DNA from: Octopus bimaculoides | Lineage: Eukaryota | DNA length: 58,445 nt | Direction: 5' to 3' | NCBI RefSeq assembly: GCF_001194135.2 | Contig: NC_069009.1 | Coordinates: forward strand, 3,329,400-3,387,844 | Part shown: positions 46,536 to 58,445 of the stretch, one piece after another | How the letters are laid out: each line of letters begins with the position of its first letter | How positions within the stretch are numbered: position 1 is the stretch's first letter | Translations under genes and position numbers: made by a program | Notes under the pieces: model-generated | Database searches by the model: none | Seen by the model: the letters and a program-made list of their open reading frames with translations, nothing else | What the model was told of the DNA's origin: nothing

Positions 46536-46612
46536 CAGCTACCTCTGATGAGTGCAGGGTTACATGATCAAATCGTTACCTCAAGCACGAAACCAATTGG
46601 TAAGATTGGCTG
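46536..46612 (+). ncRNA. Type I hammerhead ribozyme motif
   Basis: CTGATGA 46545-46551; stem II GTGC(46552-55)/GCAC(46585-88); GAAA 46589-92; palindromic stem III ACCAATTGGT 46592-46601; cleavage triplet GTA 46600-46602; imperfect stem I CAGCTACCT/AGATTGGCTG. Confidence 0.8.
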
Positions 46613-47099
46613 TAATGGAATTATAACTTTGGATAATATATATATATATATATATATATATAGGGAAATCAAAAATAAAAACAACTAAAGTCGAAAGGAT
46701 GTACACAGTGAATATTTTAGATTGATGCTCAGAGAAAGTTTATGATGGAAAAAAGAGGGAGAGGAATATTTCAAGCAGACGACTCTTCATCAGAAAGGAG
46801 AGAGAGTCCAAAGGGAAGGAAAAGAACAGTGTGAGAAAGAGAAAAGCACAGGTGTTGTTACATGTATGTACGTACACAACAGGCTTCTTTCAGTGTCCAT
46901 CTACCAAATCCACTCAGGGTTTTGGTTGGCCCAGGGCTATAGCAGGAGACACTTGCCGAAAGAACCACACAGAAGGACTGAAACTGGAACCATTTAGAAT
47001 TTTAAAATATTTTAACAGTTAAGGAATGGTACACAGACTTTTCTGCCAACATGTTAACTTTGGAATTTAAGACAATATTTTAAGGAAGATCTCCACTTT

Positions 47100-47880
47100 T
47101 AACTGATAACTAAACTCTTCTGTACAAGAAATTAAAAAACTACCTTTTGAGTAAAAGTTATCCTCTTCTGTGGAAGAGACTAAAAAATTTCTTCTTGGAT
47201 TAATGGCTAACCTCTTCTACAAAAGAGACTGTAAAGTTACTTTTGGGACTAATAGTTAACCTCTTCTGTGAAAGAGACTGAAAAATTAATGTTTTGTACT
47301 AATAACTAGCCTCTTCTGTAAAAAAGGCTGAAAAGTTACTTCTTGGACTAATAGCTAACCTCTTCTGTAAAAGAGACTGAAAATTTATGTTTTGTACTAA
47401 TAACTAAACTCTTCTGTAAAAGAGATTGGAAAATTACTTCTTGGACTAATGGTTAACCTCTTTTGTGAATGAGACTGAAAACTTACTTCTTGGACTAACA
47501 GCTAACCTCTCCTGTAAAAGAGACTGAAAAATCATCCATTGAACTAACCTCTTCTGGAGAAAGTACTCGAAAATTCTTTCTTTGACTAATAGCTAACCTC
47601 TTCTCTAAAGGAAATTGAAAAATTATCCCTTGAAGTAAAAGCTTAACTCTTCTCTAAAGGAGACTGGAAAATGATCTCTTGAACTGACCTCTTCTGTTAA
47701 AAAAACGAAAAATTACCTATTTGAACTAATAGCTAAGCTCTTCTGTAAAAGAGACTGAAAAATAACCCATTGAAGTTATAGCTTAACTCTTCTGCAATGG
47801 AGACTGAAAAATTACCCGCTTTGAACTCCCAGTTAAGTTCTTCTGTAAAGGAGACTGGAAATTTACCTCTGAAGATTGAC
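47100..47880. repeat. Minisatellite, ~48-bp unit (TAACCTCTTCTGTAAAAGAGACTGAAAA...) x ~15
   Basis: AACCTCTTC recurs at ~42-50-bp spacing. Confidence 0.9.
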
Positions 47881-48265
47881 AAGACAGCAGATGGTTCCAG
47901 AAAACCTCAAATACTTGTGTCTGTGTACATTGTTAGGACGTTTTTCACACAGCATTGGACAGATTTATGCTTGTTTCCTGAGAATTTTCTATTTTTCTTT
48001 CCTTTTTTTTTTTTTCCTTTTTGTTTGTTACGTTTTATGAAAGTAAAAGATACATTTTTCAAACATGGATTACAATGATGGTGGTGGTGGTGAAGACGGC
48101 TGATGCAAATACTCACTTTTACTTGTTTCAGTCGTTTGACTGCGGCCATGCTGGAGCACCGCCTTNNNNNNNNNNNNNNNNNNNNNNNNNNNNNNNNNNN
48201 NNNNNNNNNNNNNNNNNNNNNNNNNNNNNNNNNNNNNNNNNNNNNNNNNNNNNNNNNNNNNNNNN

Positions 48266-48353
48266 ATCGGGGAACCCTGTCAAAGGCTTTCTCCATGTCA
48301 ACGAAAGCCAGGTATGGAGGTTTATCTTTGGCTAGGTATTTCTCCTGCAGCGT
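48266..48353 (-). mobile_element. RTE-clade reverse transcriptase fragment abutting an N-gap
   Basis: LQEKYLAKDKPPYLAFVDMEKAFDRVPR, a non-LTR RT motif of AFVDLEKAFDRV type. Confidence 0.85.
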
Positions 48354-48416
48354 TAGCAAATAATATACTAAAACTCGAATAAAAACGCTCAAATGTTGTT
48401 TTTCACATGCCACCAG

Positions 48417-48459
<43 letters not shown>

Positions 48460-50651
48460 CTCTTTGAAATGCTTAGTTTAGAATAGGGGTAGTTGATGAA
48501 GGAAATGTTCTCTATGTGGCCTGTTTGTTTTCTGTGCTCTGTTTATGTTCTGTTTTTCATTTTGTCCACGTTTTTTTGTGACGTCCTGTACCCAGATATG
48601 CATATACTCACATATTATTTGTATTATTATTATATATATATATATATATATCATTAGGGTGGACAGAGATTCTTGGTATGGTGTTGTAAAATGCATCTCA
48701 TTTGTGACCCATTGAAGAACAATTTGCAGGACAAGAAGACAAATTATTTTAAGGTTTTATTTAATTAACGGACATAATTAGCACATTCTCGCAAACTTCT
48801 GTGGCATCTTAATTCATGAAAGAGATTTAAAAAAGAAACATACACAAACACACACACATGAAAAAAAAAAAAAACACAACAAAAAAAATAGAAGAAATAT
48901 GCATAGAATTATGTAGATGTGAATTAAATTGTAATTAGTAGTTTTAATTAAGGAATGATTAAAAGTTTATTTTCCATGTTGCTGCTGTTGTTATTGTTGT
49001 TGCTGTTATGTTGTTGTTGCTGCTGCTCCTGCTGCTGTTGTTGTTTTAGTTGCTGTTGTTGTATAGCCCCAGGACAATCCCGATCCAACCGATCCATGAT
49101 AGGATGGCTGTGACCATCTTATATTCAGACATGGTATATCTAGGACTACATTATCTAATGTATAGTATTGTAGTTAGTAATGATGACCATAGTTGCTGTT
49201 TAGCCCCAGGTCAGTCCTGATCCAGCAGACCTATGATCAAAGACGTTCCAGCTGTGACCATCCCACCTTTTATTCAGACATAGTGTATCTAGGACTACAT
49301 TATTTAATGTATAGTATAGTAGTTAGTATCAATGGCTATAATTATTGTTGCTTAGCCCCAGGACAACCCTGATCCAGTAGACCTATGATCAAAGATGTTC
49401 CAGTTGTGGCCATCCCACCTTTTATTCAGGCATAGTGTATCTAGGACTACATTATCTAATAGTAATTAGTATATGTGGCTATAGTTGTTGTTCTTTAACC
49501 CCTGGTGGGTCCTGATGCAGAGAGACATATGACCAAAGATGTTCCAACTGTGACCATCCCATCTTATATTCAGACATTGTGTATGCATGACTAAATTACC
49601 TGATGTAGCACACTAGTTAGTAATAGTCATAGTCCATTGTGAGGTAAGTGAGTTCAAATCCAGTGTCTGTCGTTTACTGGTAGCATAACCAGACAAGAGG
49701 TGGAGGAGATTGACATTACAAATTCAGAATAGCTTCCACAAGACACCATAGTGTCATATCAGCTGAGAAGAATTGTTAAATTAAACGAATAGTTGTTGTC
49801 ACAAGCAGGAGCAATCCTGCTATGAAGACGAGTCTAGACTCCTATGTTTATCTCTTTCCAGAAAGGTTGGCAGTTTTTGGCAATTTTTCACTTTTGTCTT
49901 GAATTGTGATGAAAGTGTTAGTATTAGCGATCAAAATGGATGTGATTGTAAGGACTTAAAGAAAAATTAAACAAACTTTACCTTTCAATCAAACCCTTGT
50001 CGACCTTTTTCCAACAATGACAAGAAAAGTAAGGGAGAGTGTAGCTTCTATCAGTATAGAAACTAACAGGTGAGTGCAAAGTGGTATATACAACAGGGCA
50101 AGAAGGCTCCAGAATCATGATTTCTGTTTGCAAAGTTGTAAAGTAGTTTTTTAGTAGTAAAGATAGAAGTTACAAGCTTCAGAGTGAAAAGACATTTAAG
50201 AATCTGTAGTAGTAATCTCTCTGTTGCCTTATGTGATTGTTTCCCCTTCTTGAAGTATAATCTCACAGCCACTCACCTGATGGCGTGCAAGTACACACTA
50301 ACATCTGTTACTAACACTCAGAAACAATTGTTATGATTTCGCTTGAGGCCTGTTCATTCCATCTTCTTGTATTATATACATACATATACAAATATATATA
50401 TATGTATATTTACAGGTGTTTCAAAAGACCCATTTAAAAATGTTCTTGCAGTTATAAATATCCTTAACATTATTTAATGTCCATCTTCCATGTTGGTATA
50501 TGTTGGGAATGTTTAACAGGATCCAATTGGTCTGCGGATTGCATAATGCTCCCAAAACAAAACTATAGATGTTTTTCCTTTTTTGCAAATTGAGCATTAT
50601 ACTATATATATNNNNNNNNNNNNNNNNNNNNNNNNNNNNNNNNNNNNNNNN

Positions 50652-50690
<39 letters not shown>

Positions 50691-51679
50691 TTGTATGTAT
50701 GTATTGAATGATACACAGTTATGGAGGCTCTCAGGATTTCAAGTTTCTATGTCAACAATATGATGATTGCTGTACTTCTTCAGCTGTTGTAAGTGGTAAG
50801 TCCTTGTATCTTTCAATAAATATAATCCTCGATTCTCAACAGTATTGAGTCCTTATTCTTTCACCATCAAATGCAGTTTGTTAAAATATTCTTGATGTGT
50901 GTATCTTTATCTATTTCATTTTCTTTTTTCTTACTGCAATGACGTAAAACCCAACAAGATTTCGCAAATTTTCTTCGCAATGTCCTAGATTATTTGTCCT
51001 TTTGGTAAATACAGTACTAATTATTATTATCATTATTATTATTGTCATTATGCATCTATAAATTGGAAAGCAACAGAGCTCGTGCCTTTAATGGTCAGGT
51101 TAATCCTAGATCTGTGGGGTTCCTCAATTGATTCTAGCTGAAGGTTCTTCTGTATCAGAACAACCACATCATTCCTATGTTCACATACTTTGTATAATAG
51201 TGTATACTTTCATCTTCTTTCACTTACTCCCTTTCTTTTCCCTCATCTTTTATGTAAACCCTTTACACAAATTGCAAACTGTCCAAGTAATGTCCTCCTC
51301 ATCCACACCGCTGTGGCAAATAAAAGATACCATTATTATTTGACATTTAATAGTTTCATGCAAATTTGCTACACCACTATGTTGCTGGTGTGTGTGAAGC
51401 ATTGCTTTTTTTTTTTTTTCTTTCATTCTTTATATGGTGGGAGTACAAACCTTTTCCGATACTGTATCGTATCAATTTATTCTGTTATGGAGTTCGGTTG
51501 AAGTCTTTTGTTTGTATTAATGTTTGTAGTGTGTTGTGTGTGTAATGCAAGTTGTGCTCTGTTGGGTATCTGACCTGTAGAGTACATGTTGTGGTGATGG
51601 TTTATTTTATTGGATATCTACTGTATAGAGTGTGTCTTATGTTTGTGGATCGTTTTATTTGGGTTGTACTATTGAACCA

Positions 51680-51680
51680 A

Positions 51681-51714
<34 letters not shown>

Positions 51715-52000
51715 GATGTTGCACTGTATCAAATGTTGCAATGTTGTAGATTGAAGATATTGTCTGTACGAAGGATTTGTCCCATCTGCCAAGTCACAAC
51801 AAGGATCTCAGACTTTATGCAGTTTGCAGTTCCAGGTAAAACCAATTTTTACAATAGACCAGATGTTTCTTCAGATTGGCTGATATTGAACCTAATGCAT
51901 TGATGACAACAGGAACAACTTTTGATTGACTCTCGCAGCTGCCACATCTTGGCAACATCTTAGCAGCCTCAATTTTCAGGTCTCCATATTTGTCAACCAT
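51680..52000 (-). mobile_element. R4/Dong-like (restriction-like endonuclease) LINE 3' fragment with (TAA)n tail
   Basis: KYGDLKIEAAKM..KVVPVVINALGSISANLKKHL, degraded; ends in (TAA)n near 51680-51712. Confidence 0.7.
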
Positions 52001-52244
52001 TATCATTATTATTATTATTATTACTATCATTATTATTTTGTTGTCTCATGGTATTAAAGTTGTGTCCAATAATATTACGCTTCTTATGGAACCATACTTC
52101 ATGGTCCAGGATAAGAAAGCTCTTCTATTTGAGCCATTCTTTCAACTCATGAACCAATCTAGTGAATTGATGGTGGCTGATGCAAGATGTAGTCTCTTCT
52201 TAACAAAGCTATTTTGGGAGGCAGTATGTAGTTTTGTAAAACCT

Positions 52245-52557
52245 ACATTATTATTACCATTATTATTCAGTAGTCTTATTTTCATCACATGCTTTCACTG
52301 TAGTACCCTGTAAAGCTCTGAGTGCCTCGGGTATGTGATGTGGTATTGTTGTGGTGCTCTTATTTTCACTGTAGGATGTGTGCGGTGCCTAGTGGTGTCA
52401 TTTTCTGTATGTTATATACATCCATAAGTCCTGGTATCTTGGTTCTGTATTTGTCTGAAAGTTTTTCCATCATACCTAATGCACCTATAATTATAGGAAT
52501 TGTTGCTGTTTTTAGGCACCACATTCGGGTTACCCCTATTTCCAGATCTTGGTATTT
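52245..52557 (-). mobile_element. Second R4/Dong-like LINE 3' fragment
   Basis: Hand translation of 52557->52366: KYQDLEIGVTRMWCLKTATIPIIIGALGMMEKLSDKYRTKIPGLMDVYNIQKMTPLGTAHILQ*; flanked by TAA microsatellites. Confidence 0.75.
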
Positions 52558-53663
52558 TTATTATTATTATTATTGTAGTTGTTGTTCTTGTTGCAGTTGA
52601 TCTTGTCCCTGGTATTTCTCCATGTCGTTTTCTTGTACACAATTTCAAAAATATATTCCATCATTTTTGGCTGCAATATTTTTTTGTTCTTACATCAGTT
52701 TGATGTTCCCTTGTGGCAAATAAAAGAACTACATCGTTATTGTTGTTGTTGTAGCCGTTGTTAGTTTTGTTGCTGTTGTTGCTGCTGATGTTAACTTTGT
52801 TGTTGTTCTCCTTGTAATTGTTGTTGTAGACAGTTGCTGTTGTTGTTCATGATGTTAAGGGAAGATAACTCCGTTTGAAAACAAAACAGAAACCACCAGG
52901 CGGCAGCAGCTGTAGCAAGTGGCACAGTGTGGAGAGCTCCCCCCACCCACACTCCACAGAGACTAGGGAAGAGGAGGCAAGTCAGTAGTAGTAGTAGTAG
53001 TAGTAGTAGATGAGGAGAGTAGCGGTGGGAGTCTGTTTCGGTTATTTTGTTGTTGTTATTCCTTTGATTACTCAATCCCTCAGAAATGATTCGAGGGGAG
53101 GGGCTGGCAGGTGGAGGGAAGACGTGGAGGGAGAAAGTCCTCCCCACTTAAAAAAATCCTCGTTCCCTACTGCCACCCCGTCTCCTCGGTCCCATTTCCA
53201 ACCCATCCACCCACCCACAAGGTGTGCACTTGAGTCAGTATGGTAATAAGGTTGCCAGGACACTTTGAGTGGTCAGGGCAGGTGTGAGGATGAGGACAGA
53301 ATAAGGAAGGAGCAGGATTAGGGGAAGGAAGAGAGAAAAGGGGAGAGGAGGTGTGATAGACATAAGAAGGGAGGGAGAAATGGACAGAGAGAAGGAGAGA
53401 GAAAGAGGGAGTAAGTTAGAGATTGAGATGGGGAGAGAAGATAGGAAGGAGGCAGAGAGAATATATTAAAGGGAGGGAGAGGGAGAGGGAGATATAAGAG
53501 AGTGAGGAGAAGGTGGTGCGAGAAATCAGAGGAAGGCAGATATGAAAGAGAAAGGGAGGAGGTGGAGATATGAGAGAGAAGGAGGAGATAAAAGGGAGAG
53601 GGACGGGGGTAATATGACAGGTTGAGAGAATGAGGAGAGAGGAATATAAGAGAATGAAGAAGT

Positions 53664-53710
<47 letters not shown>

Positions 53711-54429
53711 ACCAAGATGGTAAGAGACGGGTGAGAAAGAGATATTGTAACAAAGGATAGGAAGGGCAGGAGGCAGATGGAAGAATTGATCAAGGGAGAG
53801 GCAGAAAATATGAAAAAGGGAAGATGTTAGAAAAGAGGGGAAAATGATTGAGCGGAAGAGGAGAAACAATAGACGCATTTAATGGCAAAAAGAAAAATAT
53901 ATTTGTAATGACAAATAAAGAGTGGAGTAAAGTAATCGTTTTACTATTTCAATTTACAAGTGTTTCGTCTTATTTCACTGTGACCAATCTTGCAACATTA
54001 TGTAATAATTTATGCAACTATTGATTGCTTCCCATGTGCGCAATTCTGAAGAATTTTATTCAGCATGTGTTATTATGGTCACCCTGAATAGCACCTGGGA
54101 AATAATCAATAGCTGCATAAGTTATTACAATGCTGCAAGATTGCTTGTCTAGAACTACGATGAAACAATTGTAAATCAAAATATTAAATTTGTTCACTCA
54201 TTCTTTGTCATCATAAAAACTCTATGGATTTTTGTAGATAGCCAATAGCTACCGATGAGCTTAATATGATAAATACTAGTGTTATATACCTCAATGAAAT
54301 TATCATTTTATATACCCCTCTTTCTACCACTCTCTCTCTCTATATTTTTTTTTTTTTTTTTTTTCTAATACTCTTTCTCCCTCTCTCTCAATTTCCTCCC
54401 TAATTCTCTGGATCTTAAATATACTTCAA

Positions 54430-55900
54430 ACACAGCAATTTTTTTCAAGTTTCAGGATTTCAAACACAGCCACTCAGGACCAGGAACATGTATATTTTAC
54501 TATTTCACAGCTTCCAGGAATGTATATACTTCAATATTTCAAACATAGCCCCCCCAAGGACCAGGAATGCAAATATATCAATATTTCACAGCCACGAACA
54601 TGTATATTTTAGTATTTCAACAACAGCCACTCAAGAACAGGAACATGTATATTTTACTACTTCATAGCTTCTCGGGCCCAGGAATGTGTATACTTCAATA
54701 TTTCAAACATATTCACCAAGGACCAGGAATGTGTATATATTAATATCTCACATCACTCATAACCACGGAACCACGAACATGTATATTTTACTATTTTGAA
54801 AACAGCCACGCAAGACCAGAAGTATGTATATTTTACTTATTCTTATAGGAATTCATCAAAGATCTAAGCCCCAGAATCTGTATATTTCACTTATTTCTAG
54901 AAGAATAATTCCTCTGATGAACAAACAATAAGATCTAGGCCCAGGAATATGGATATTTTACTAACTTCTATTGTTCTAATGTTTCTAAGGAACAATAAGA
55001 TCCCTTCAGATTTCAAACAGTCATTCGGGACCTGCAGGAACATGTATAGTTCACCATTGGAATAATTATTGTGAGAAATATGATCTAGGCCAAGGAATCT
55101 GTATATTTTACTTATTATAATAGGAATAATTCATCTGGCTAACAATAAAATCCAGGCCTAAGAACGTGGATATTTTACTATTTTAGTGTATTTTTATAGG
55201 AATAATTTACATGAGTGATAAGATCTAGGCCCAGGAATATGGACATTTTATTATTTATTGGAATAATTCACCTGGATATCAATAAAATGTAAGCCCCAAA
55301 ATATGTATATTTTATTAGACTAATTTTTATTGAAATAATTCATCTGGGTAACAATAAGGTCTAGTCTCCAGAATGTGGATATTTTACTAGTTTATTTTTT
55401 TAAGAATTCATTCTGATAACAAAATCTAGGCCTTGGAATGTGGATATTTTACAACTACTTTATTTTCGTAAGAATTCATCCAGGTAACAAGATCTGGGCC
55501 CCAGAATGTGGAATTTTGTTATTTTACTTATTTTTAGTCGAATCAAAGACCCCAAAATCTGGATATTTATTTTTATACAAATAATTAATCTGGGTAAGAA
55601 TAAGATTTAGGCCCAGGAATATGGATAATTTCTATATGAATAAGCTATTTGTTAACAGATGTAGGCCCAGAATGTGGATAGTTTACTATTTCGCTTATTT
55701 TTATTGGAAAAATTTAACCGAGTAACAATAAGATCTCGGCCCAGGAATGTAGATATTTTACTGTCTTACTCATTTTAATATGGCTGCTTCACGCGAGAAA
55801 CACCAAGATTGTTCAGATTTTAAACAAAGCTGTCACTCAGGACCAGGGACATGCATACGTTAATGTTTTTAAACACAGTGATGGAGGACCAGGAATATGT
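54430..55900. repeat. Degenerate tandem repeat, ~55-75-bp unit (AGGCCCAGGAATGTGTATATTTTACT...)
   Basis: CCAGGAA..TG.ATATTTTA motif recurs more than 20 times. Confidence 0.85.
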
Positions 55901-56024
55901 ATATATTAAATGCTTTAAGTTGTTCAGAAATATAATTTCATTGGAAGATACTTGAGAACTAATCGGTGGAATTTGAACTGGAAATTGGGAAGAATGGTGT
56001 CTTTAGGAGAAAATGTCAGCATAT

Positions 56025-56066
<42 letters not shown>

Positions 56067-56425
56067 NNNNNNNNNNAAGTGAAGACGCATGGCTTAGTGG
56101 TTAGGGGTATTTGGCTCACGATCATAAGGTCGTGATTTCAATTCTCAGTGGTGTGTTGTGTCCTTGAGCAAGACACTTTATTTCACATTGCTCCAATCCA
56201 CTGCCCCTAGTACTTGTTCTATCAGTCTCTTTTGCTGAACTGCTAAGCCACGGGGACGTAAACACACCAAATCCACTTATAAGGCTTTGGTTGACTCGAG
56301 ACTACAGTAGAAGACACTTGCCGAAGGTGCCACACTATGGGACCGAACCTGGAACCATGAGGTTGAGAAACAAGCTTCTTACCACACAGCCATGCCTGTG
56401 CCCATATATATATATATATATATAC

Positions 56426-56456
<31 letters not shown>

Positions 56457-56929
56457 GCATGTATATAAACGTGTGTGTGTGTGTGTGTAAATATACTTTG
56501 CTTTTGTTGATGTATGCCCTTAGAAGGTCACTGATATAAAATCAGATATGCAGGGAATGACATTGAATTTTAATGGGTCTTTTACTTGGGCTTTAGATAA
56601 TGGCACTCTCATATTCCTGAGCCTGCCACTAGACATCTTTCCTTGACATGTCTCTAGATCAGTTTAGTAGGGTGGAAAGGGTTTGCAAAGTTCTGTGTAA
56701 GCCTCATAGGACTGAAAACTTTAGGTTACGCAATCATCAACGAGGCAACTATCCAATGCCCTGGTCAAGGTGATGTGGTGAGCATGGAAGACCACAAACA
56801 CAAGCCTTGATGAAGCCAACTTCTGGTGCAGTAACCTCATGATGGGTATTGCTGGTATTTTGCATGGCCAATGGTCAGTGATGGTCTTTCTCAGTCACAA
56901 GTGGACAGCCATCATATACCAGAGTGTAT

Positions 56930-56982
<53 letters not shown>

Positions 56983-58445
56983 ATAAACACAGTATATATT
57001 TTTTTAATGAGCTTCTAATAGTTTCATGCAATGAAAAACAACTTAGGCAGCATTTTATTACATGTTTGGTGCTTTCATGCAATCCCCAGGTTCTACCCAC
57101 ATGGCATAACAAGCTAAAACAAGACAATAAGGTGAGAGAACATTTACTTCCTTCTCACCGTTGTTTGTAATTTCTCTTATCCTATCATGCATGAAAGCAC
57201 CAAACGTAATAAAATGCTGCCTGAGTTTGGTTTTTCATTGCATGAAAATAATAGTAGCTCATAAAACTATATATGTTTATCAAATATTTTTTATCTCTCA
57301 CCAGATGGAATACTTGTTTTGCTGATCTTACTCTCACAGAACAGTACACTCTACGTATATATATATATATATATATGTGTGTGTATATAAATATACATAC
57401 AGCTATGTGTATAATTCTGGATGACATTGACCAGTTATTATTATCAAAAGTAACGTATTCAATATATTCCTAACCCATTTGCTTAATGTTATCAATCTAT
57501 AATATTGTTATCAACCACTTATTGATATCATAAAAATTATCCCAAAGTGACCATATTAAGCAGCTCTTACTGCACACACACATTATATATATATATATAT
57601 ATATATAGTGTATGTATGTATATATATGTGTTTATATATACATACATATAGTTTAGAACACAGAAACACTCAAATATTATCTTGGAACAAGGCTACATTG
57701 CTTCATTTGAATTCTAACCAATCCTCCTTCCTCTTTTACAATCCCCCTGAAATTTTGATTATTATTTTTTCCTTTTTACTGGTCCCTACTCCCTCGTTAA
57801 TCATTTCATTAGAATAAGTTATTACAGACGGATCTTTTACACACGGTCACACATACAGATAGGGGGTAGACATTGTGCTCTTGTAATACTTGTGATTGTA
57901 GGCAATTAAGTGCATGCGTGCGTGCGTGCATACATATATATGTTTATATATATATCTAATCCTTTAGCATTTAAACCAGCCATATCCAGCACAAATATTC
58001 TGCTTTATTCAGCCTTTCACACTATCCTACAATATCATTTTAAAAATATACAAATCACTTCATTGAAATCTCAAAGCTATGAGATAATGCATGATTAATT
58101 TAAAACAATGTAAATAAATAAGCATTGTATTTGATAAAATAATTTGAATGCTAAAGGGCTTAAATATATATATTTACATACAATACACAGATAAAGATAG
58201 ATATGTATAGATAAATAGATATAGGAAAAAAAAAAAACCAAAAAGCAACAGATACAAGGAGATTGTCAGACGCTAAATAAAAGAAGAAATAAGCAAACGA
58301 AAATGACATTAAACTCACAGCTTTATTCAGTACAACAATAATATGGCCGACTTCATTATAACACAAAATATCTTTGTGATGTTTGCAATCTTTAAGATAT
58401 GATGTTTGTGTTTGTGCTTAAACTTTTTGAAGAAAATTTCTAGAA

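Noticed and set aside
52791-53147. Gln/Asn-rich ORF
   Set aside because: The Q/N stretch is (CAA)n microsatellite and stops after 19 codons from its ATG; no usable splice partner was found.
54253-54292. CCGATGA-GC...TAAA-TACTAGTGT as another hammerhead
   Set aside because: Too many core substitutions and no stem I.

Overview
AT-rich, repeat-dense eukaryotic scaffold with about 15 N-gaps. The (TA)n/(CAT)n/(TAA)n microsatellites, tRNA-headed SINEs and RTE-like tails resemble an octopus/coleoid cephalopod genome; this is inference from repeat style, with no database check. Two protein-coding genes lie head-to-head. (1) Minus strand: a complete IFT140 orthologue (IFT-A core subunit, WD40 plus TPR). 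I reconstructed 31 coding exons from ATG 31930 to TGA 641, all GT-AG with compatible phases: 4647 nt, 1548 aa, no stop or frameshift. An acceptor at 31976-31977 implies a further 5'-UTR exon. (2) Plus strand: a 2-coding-exon gene (38322-38479 + 42712-43048) for a 164-aa multi-pass membrane protein I cannot name. Introns and flanks hold at least four SINE/LINE-tail families, a mariner and a hAT MITE, RTE, CR1-like and R4/Dong-like LINE fragments, and several minisatellites. The most notable unannotated signal is a set of hammerhead-ribozyme motifs. A near-canonical type I hammerhead lies at 46536-46612. Two CpG-decayed motifs sit in a 257-bp tandem repeat (4253-4280, 4510-4537), and one lies at the centre of a 131-bp near-perfect palindrome (5201-5331). 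Further decayed copies occur near 46.8, 50.3 and 54 kb. The arrangement resembles Penelope-like element pseudo-LTRs or retrozymes. Most ORFs in the supplied track are microsatellite or N-gap artefacts.
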